Position numbers and translations under genes: made by a program
NCBI GenBank assembly: GCA_963709345.1
Contig: CAVPVX010000004.1
Span: 288,001 to 352,000 of the forward strand
DNA length: 64,000 nt
Source: an uncultured Actinomycetes bacterium
Lineage (GTDB): Bacteria; Actinomycetota; Thermoleophilia; UBA2241
Direction: 5' to 3'
Notes under the pieces: model-generated
Told to the model about the DNA's origin: nothing
The model's input: the letters and a program-made list of their open reading frames with translations, nothing else
The model's database searches: none
Part shown: in pieces, positions 63,999 through 64,000 of the stretch
Position numbering within the stretch: position 1 is the first letter of the stretch
How the letters are laid out: each line of letters starts with the position of its first letter

Positions 63999-64000
63999 GT

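Overview
A high-GC bacterial chromosome segment. Gene content and promoter style suggest an anaerobic or facultative Actinomycetota lineage, possibly Thermoleophilia-like (inference). It carries about 57 CDSs, and I saw no rRNA, tRNA, CRISPR array or IS element. The main feature is a complex I (nuo) operon at 37851-52626 in the 11-subunit order A-B-C-D-H-[I]-J-K-L-M-N, in which nuoI is split in two. The N-terminal half of NuoI is fused to a NuoE/HydC-type subunit. The C-terminal half is fused to the end of a NuoG-like/GltD-like (FAD, NADPH-type) subunit, and a HydB-type, bifurcating-signature NuoF lies between them. This suggests an Nfn/Stn-like bifurcating module inserted into nuoI and attached to a quinone-reducing proton pump. 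A second notable feature is a small FmdB-family zinc-ribbon gene ending ...PFG-TGA-GGC-TGA, followed by a SECIS-like hairpin (candidate selenoprotein), which shares a CsoR-like operator with tlpA-ccdA. Also present: a stand-alone Cys-type formate dehydrogenase alpha subunit, non-pyrrolysine MttB, an iorAB-ACT-paaK-GNAT-AOR-aldolase cluster, an FAD/Fe-S oxidase, an M6 protease, tatAC, PBP1A, ymdB, an exopolysaccharide cluster, decayed pncB/pncA fragments, several apparently inactive enzyme homologues (CobB, UDG, GGDEF), many apparently leaderless genes, and eight apparent frameshifts that are all +1.
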